DNA of 64,000 nucleotides. Source: an uncultured delta proteobacterium (GTDB lineage Bacteria > Desulfobacterota > Syntrophia > Syntrophales > UBA2185). A model generated the notes under the pieces. That model worked only from the letters and a program-made list of their open reading frames with translations, made no database searches and was not told where the DNA came from. Positions within the stretch are counted from its first letter, which is position 1; each line of letters starts with the position of its first letter. Below, one piece after another: positions 61,640 through 64,000 of this stretch. Made by a program: the position numbers and the translations under genes. The stretch is from contig CAVOID010000004.1 of NCBI GenBank assembly GCA_963695875.1, positions 192,001 to 256,000 of the forward strand. Reading direction: 5' to 3'.

Positions 61640-61940
61640 CTTGAAGCCAATTCAGATATTCTGTGCTGCCCGCCATAATTGGTATGGCTATGATTTCCGG
61701 AACTTCATAAGGGTGGATTGATTTAATGACCTTCTCAATTTCTTTATAACGATCTTCCCTGCTTTTTATCACACATTGCCACTCTTCGGCCTTTTCAATA
61801 TTCCCCTTCCACCGGTAGGTGCTGAAGATGGGCCCGGCGAGCTGCACACAGGCAGCCAACTTACTCTCAACCAGGGTCATGGCAATCTTTTCAGCATCTT
61901 CTTTCTTCCCCGTTGTTGTCACTACCTGAATATATTCCAT
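61626..61940 (-). CDS. cutA: Divalent-cation tolerance protein CutA
   Basis: LAACVQ, S.Y.WKG, HPYEVPEI, Y..W. Confidence 0.95.
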   Translation of the reverse strand: MEYIQVVTTTGKKEDAEKIAMTLVESKLAACVQLAGPIFSTYRWKGNIEKAEEWQCVIKSREDRYKEIEKVIKSIHPYEVPEIIAIPIMAGSTEYLNWLQGELG

Positions 61941-61959
61941 CTCCCTATCCCCTGTCACC

Positions 61960-62736
61960 TTAGCCCTGTTTCGTGCACTCATACATCATAATTGACGCTG
62001 CCTGAGGCAGACTGAGAGAATCTGACTTTCCCGCACCGGGAATGAACCATTGCTCATCGGTCAAACGGAGCAATGCATCCGGCAACCCATGACTTTCACT
62101 GCCCAAGAGAAGTGCCGTATCCTGTTTACATGCATGCGGCATTATGCCTTTCCGTATGCTGCTACCCACAAGAAAATAGAGTCCTTTGATCCTCGGAACG
62201 ATTTCAGCAAAGTCGACATCCGCAATCACTCGCAGATGGAAGAGACTTCCCATGGCGGACCGTACAACTTTTGGATTTGTGAAATCTGCCGAACCGGAAC
62301 TGAGTACGATAGTTCCTATGCCAAACCAGTGGGCCGTGCGCATCACGGCGCCAAGGTTGCTGGGATTATTTATCTGATGCAGCAACAAAACATGACCACT
62401 GACATGCGACAGCAACTTGTCGGCATCGAAACGTGAAGGCATGGCAGCAACGGCCATGATTCCCTCCGGTGCTTTATCTTGGCTTAATGTATTCCACTCC
62501 CGTTCCGATAATCCATAGACGTCAATTCCTTCCGGAACGGTGGACAGGAAAGCGTCCCACTGCGGCCTTCTTCCCTCCATCACCAGAACTGCCCTGGTTT
62601 TCCATTTACTTATGAGCAACTCCTGAACGACCTTATGGCCTTCGGCCATAAAGAGCCCTTCCTGACGGCGGTACTTAGTCTGACTCAGTTTTTCCCACGA
62701 TTTCAATTGTAATTTCGGTGGTCTCAGCAGCTTCAT
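61960..62736 (-). CDS. TrmH/SpoU family RNA methyltransferase
   Basis: F.AEG, NPSNLGAVMRTA, KVVRSAMGS, GSESHGL, SLS...A. Confidence 0.92.
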   Translation of the reverse strand: MKLLRPPKLQLKSWEKLSQTKYRRQEGLFMAEGHKVVQELLISKWKTRAVLVMEGRRPQWDAFLSTVPEGIDVYGLSEREWNTLSQDKAPEGIMAVAAMPSRFDADKLLSHVSGHVLLLHQINNPSNLGAVMRTAHWFGIGTIVLSSGSADFTNPKVVRSAMGSLFHLRVIADVDFAEIVPRIKGLYFLVGSSIRKGIMPHACKQDTALLLGSESHGLPDALLRLTDEQWFIPGAGKSDSLSLPQAASIMMYECTKQG

Positions 62737-62789
62737 GTGAAGTACAGATTCCGTTTATATCGCGGATCCTATATTTGGTTGCAAAAAAT

Positions 62790-62868
62790 GATTCGAGGAT
62801 TCAAGTGATCGAAGGTTCTTTCCAATGCATTTCACTCGAATGCTCGACCCCTAAATTCTTTGAATCCT
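62790..62868. repeat. Inverted array of degenerate octamer repeats
   Basis: GATTCGAG GATTCAAG.. facing ..CACTCGAA TGCTCGAC..TTGAATCCT. AGGATTCAA and TTGAATCCT are exact complements. Confidence 0.55.
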
Positions 62869-62905
62869 GAAAGTGCTATCGACTCTTTTAGCGATGAATC
62901 TTACA

Positions 62906-64000
62906 TTATAACTTTCTTATCAACTCCTGTGCTGTAATGTGAATGGGGTCCCATGCAGGGCCGACAGGGGGCGCGTAGGCAAAGTCCAGGTAAGCGATTT
63001 CATCAAGACCCATACCTGTCCAGAGGGCACAGGAGAGGGTATTTATCCTGCTGACTGCACCCATCGTTCCGACGGCCTGGGCGCCCAGGAGTTTCCCAGT
63101 CGCTCGGTCGGCCACCAGCTTTATTCCCAGTCTCTTCTCACCCGGCATGGATCGGGCGAAGGCATTCCCCCAAATAATGGTGCTGACAGGATGATATCCG
63201 CAACTAAGAGCTTCCGACTCGTCGAGCCCGGTTGCAGCAACCTCAAGAGTGAACAACTTGAAAGACTGGGCGCCGACTACACCCGGAAAGATCATAGAAC
63301 CACCCCCGATATTGTGACCGGCGACGCGGCCTTGTTTGTTAGCAACATCACCGAGGGGGATATGAACCCAGCTCTGGCTGACACGATGATAAACTTCGCA
63401 GCAATCACCTACTGCGTATATTCCTTCTTTCGATGTGTGCTGGGAAAAATCAACCTGTATGGCTCCGGTCTTCCCGATTTGCAGACCCAGATCATGGGCT
63501 AGCTTTACATTCGGTCTTATCCCGACAGCTATCAGGATCATATCGGCCTCCATATCCCCCTTGTCAGTATTCAGGCGGAGACGGTAGTCTTTTCCCCTTT
63601 CAATAGCCTCCATGCGCATATTGCCGTAAAAAGTTATGTTCTGGCGGTTAAGCTCTTCCTGTATCACTTTTGAAAATTCAGGGTCCCATCTGGCAGCGGG
63701 ACGAGGAAGAAGGTCAATAACCTGTGTGTCAATACTCAGAGTTCTCAGCGCCTCACTCATCTCCATCCCGATGAAACCGGCTCCCACGATAATGGCCTTC
63801 CGGCACGTCTTATTTTTGATAAAGGCCTTGATCTGTATCGCATCGGTCAAGTTTTTCAGGGTAAAGACCCCTTCTAGTTCTGCACCGGGAATCTTTGGAA
63901 TAAATGCTGATGCTCCCGTTCCCAGTACCAGGATGTCATAAGGAACAGTTGTCCCATCGGATAACCGGACACTTCTCTTATCAACATCAACGCTGCCCGC
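62906..64000 (-). CDS. CoA-disulfide reductase/NADH oxidase-like FAD oxidoreductase (5' end outside window)
   Basis: Frame open to the window edge. YDILVLGTG, GAGFIGME, YAVGDC, A.KQGR, LLGAQ, YAPP. Confidence 0.9.
   Translation of the reverse strand, partial: AGSVDVDKRSVRLSDGTTVPYDILVLGTGASAFIPKIPGAELEGVFTLKNLTDAIQIKAFIKNKTCRKAIIVGAGFIGMEMSEALRTLSIDTQVIDLLPRPAARWDPEFSKVIQEELNRQNITFYGNMRMEAIERGKDYRLRLNTDKGDMEADMILIAVGIRPNVKLAHDLGLQIGKTGAIQVDFSQHTSKEGIYAVGDCCEVYHRVSQSWVHIPLGDVANKQGRVAGHNIGGGSMIFPGVVGAQSFKLFTLEVAATGLDESEALSCGYHPVSTIIWGNAFARSMPGEKRLGIKLVADRATGKLLGAQAVGTMGAVSRINTLSCALWTGMGLDEIAYLDFAYAPPVGPAWDPIHITAQELIRKL

Overview
64-kb window of an anaerobic bacterial chromosome. Gene content and order suggest a Desulfobacterota/Syntrophales-like deltaproteobacterium (inference). 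Most of it is housekeeping: two PilT-family ATPases, tRNA-Ala(CGC), xseA-xseB-ispA-dxs-tlyA-ispH, tmk-holB-PSP1-metG, nnr, tkt, tatA, glk and cutA. The most striking part is a self-contained module at about 33.0-44.5 kb. It holds a Cache-domain histidine kinase, an NtrC-type sigma54 activator, three stand-alone receivers, a hybrid kinase and two paralogous 73-aa CxxC..CxxC proteins of unknown function. These surround an operon in which a selenocysteine formate dehydrogenase alpha subunit lies between AsrB/HydG/FlxA-like and AsrA/HydB/FlxB-like subunits. Four promoters in the module share one architecture: tandem G4/C4-bounded boxes 22 bp apart, an IHF-like site and a GG-N10-GC sigma54 element at near-constant spacing. 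A ~670-bp direct repeat brackets the fdh operon. Other notable items are a HesB/IscA-like selenoprotein, an IspH-UbiA fusion, small ORFs missed by the ORF track, gene remnants and several REP-like palindromes. Eleven single-base frameshifts, ten of them insertions and several in essential genes, point to sequencing or assembly indel errors rather than true pseudogenes. No CRISPR array, rRNA, transposase or integrase was seen.
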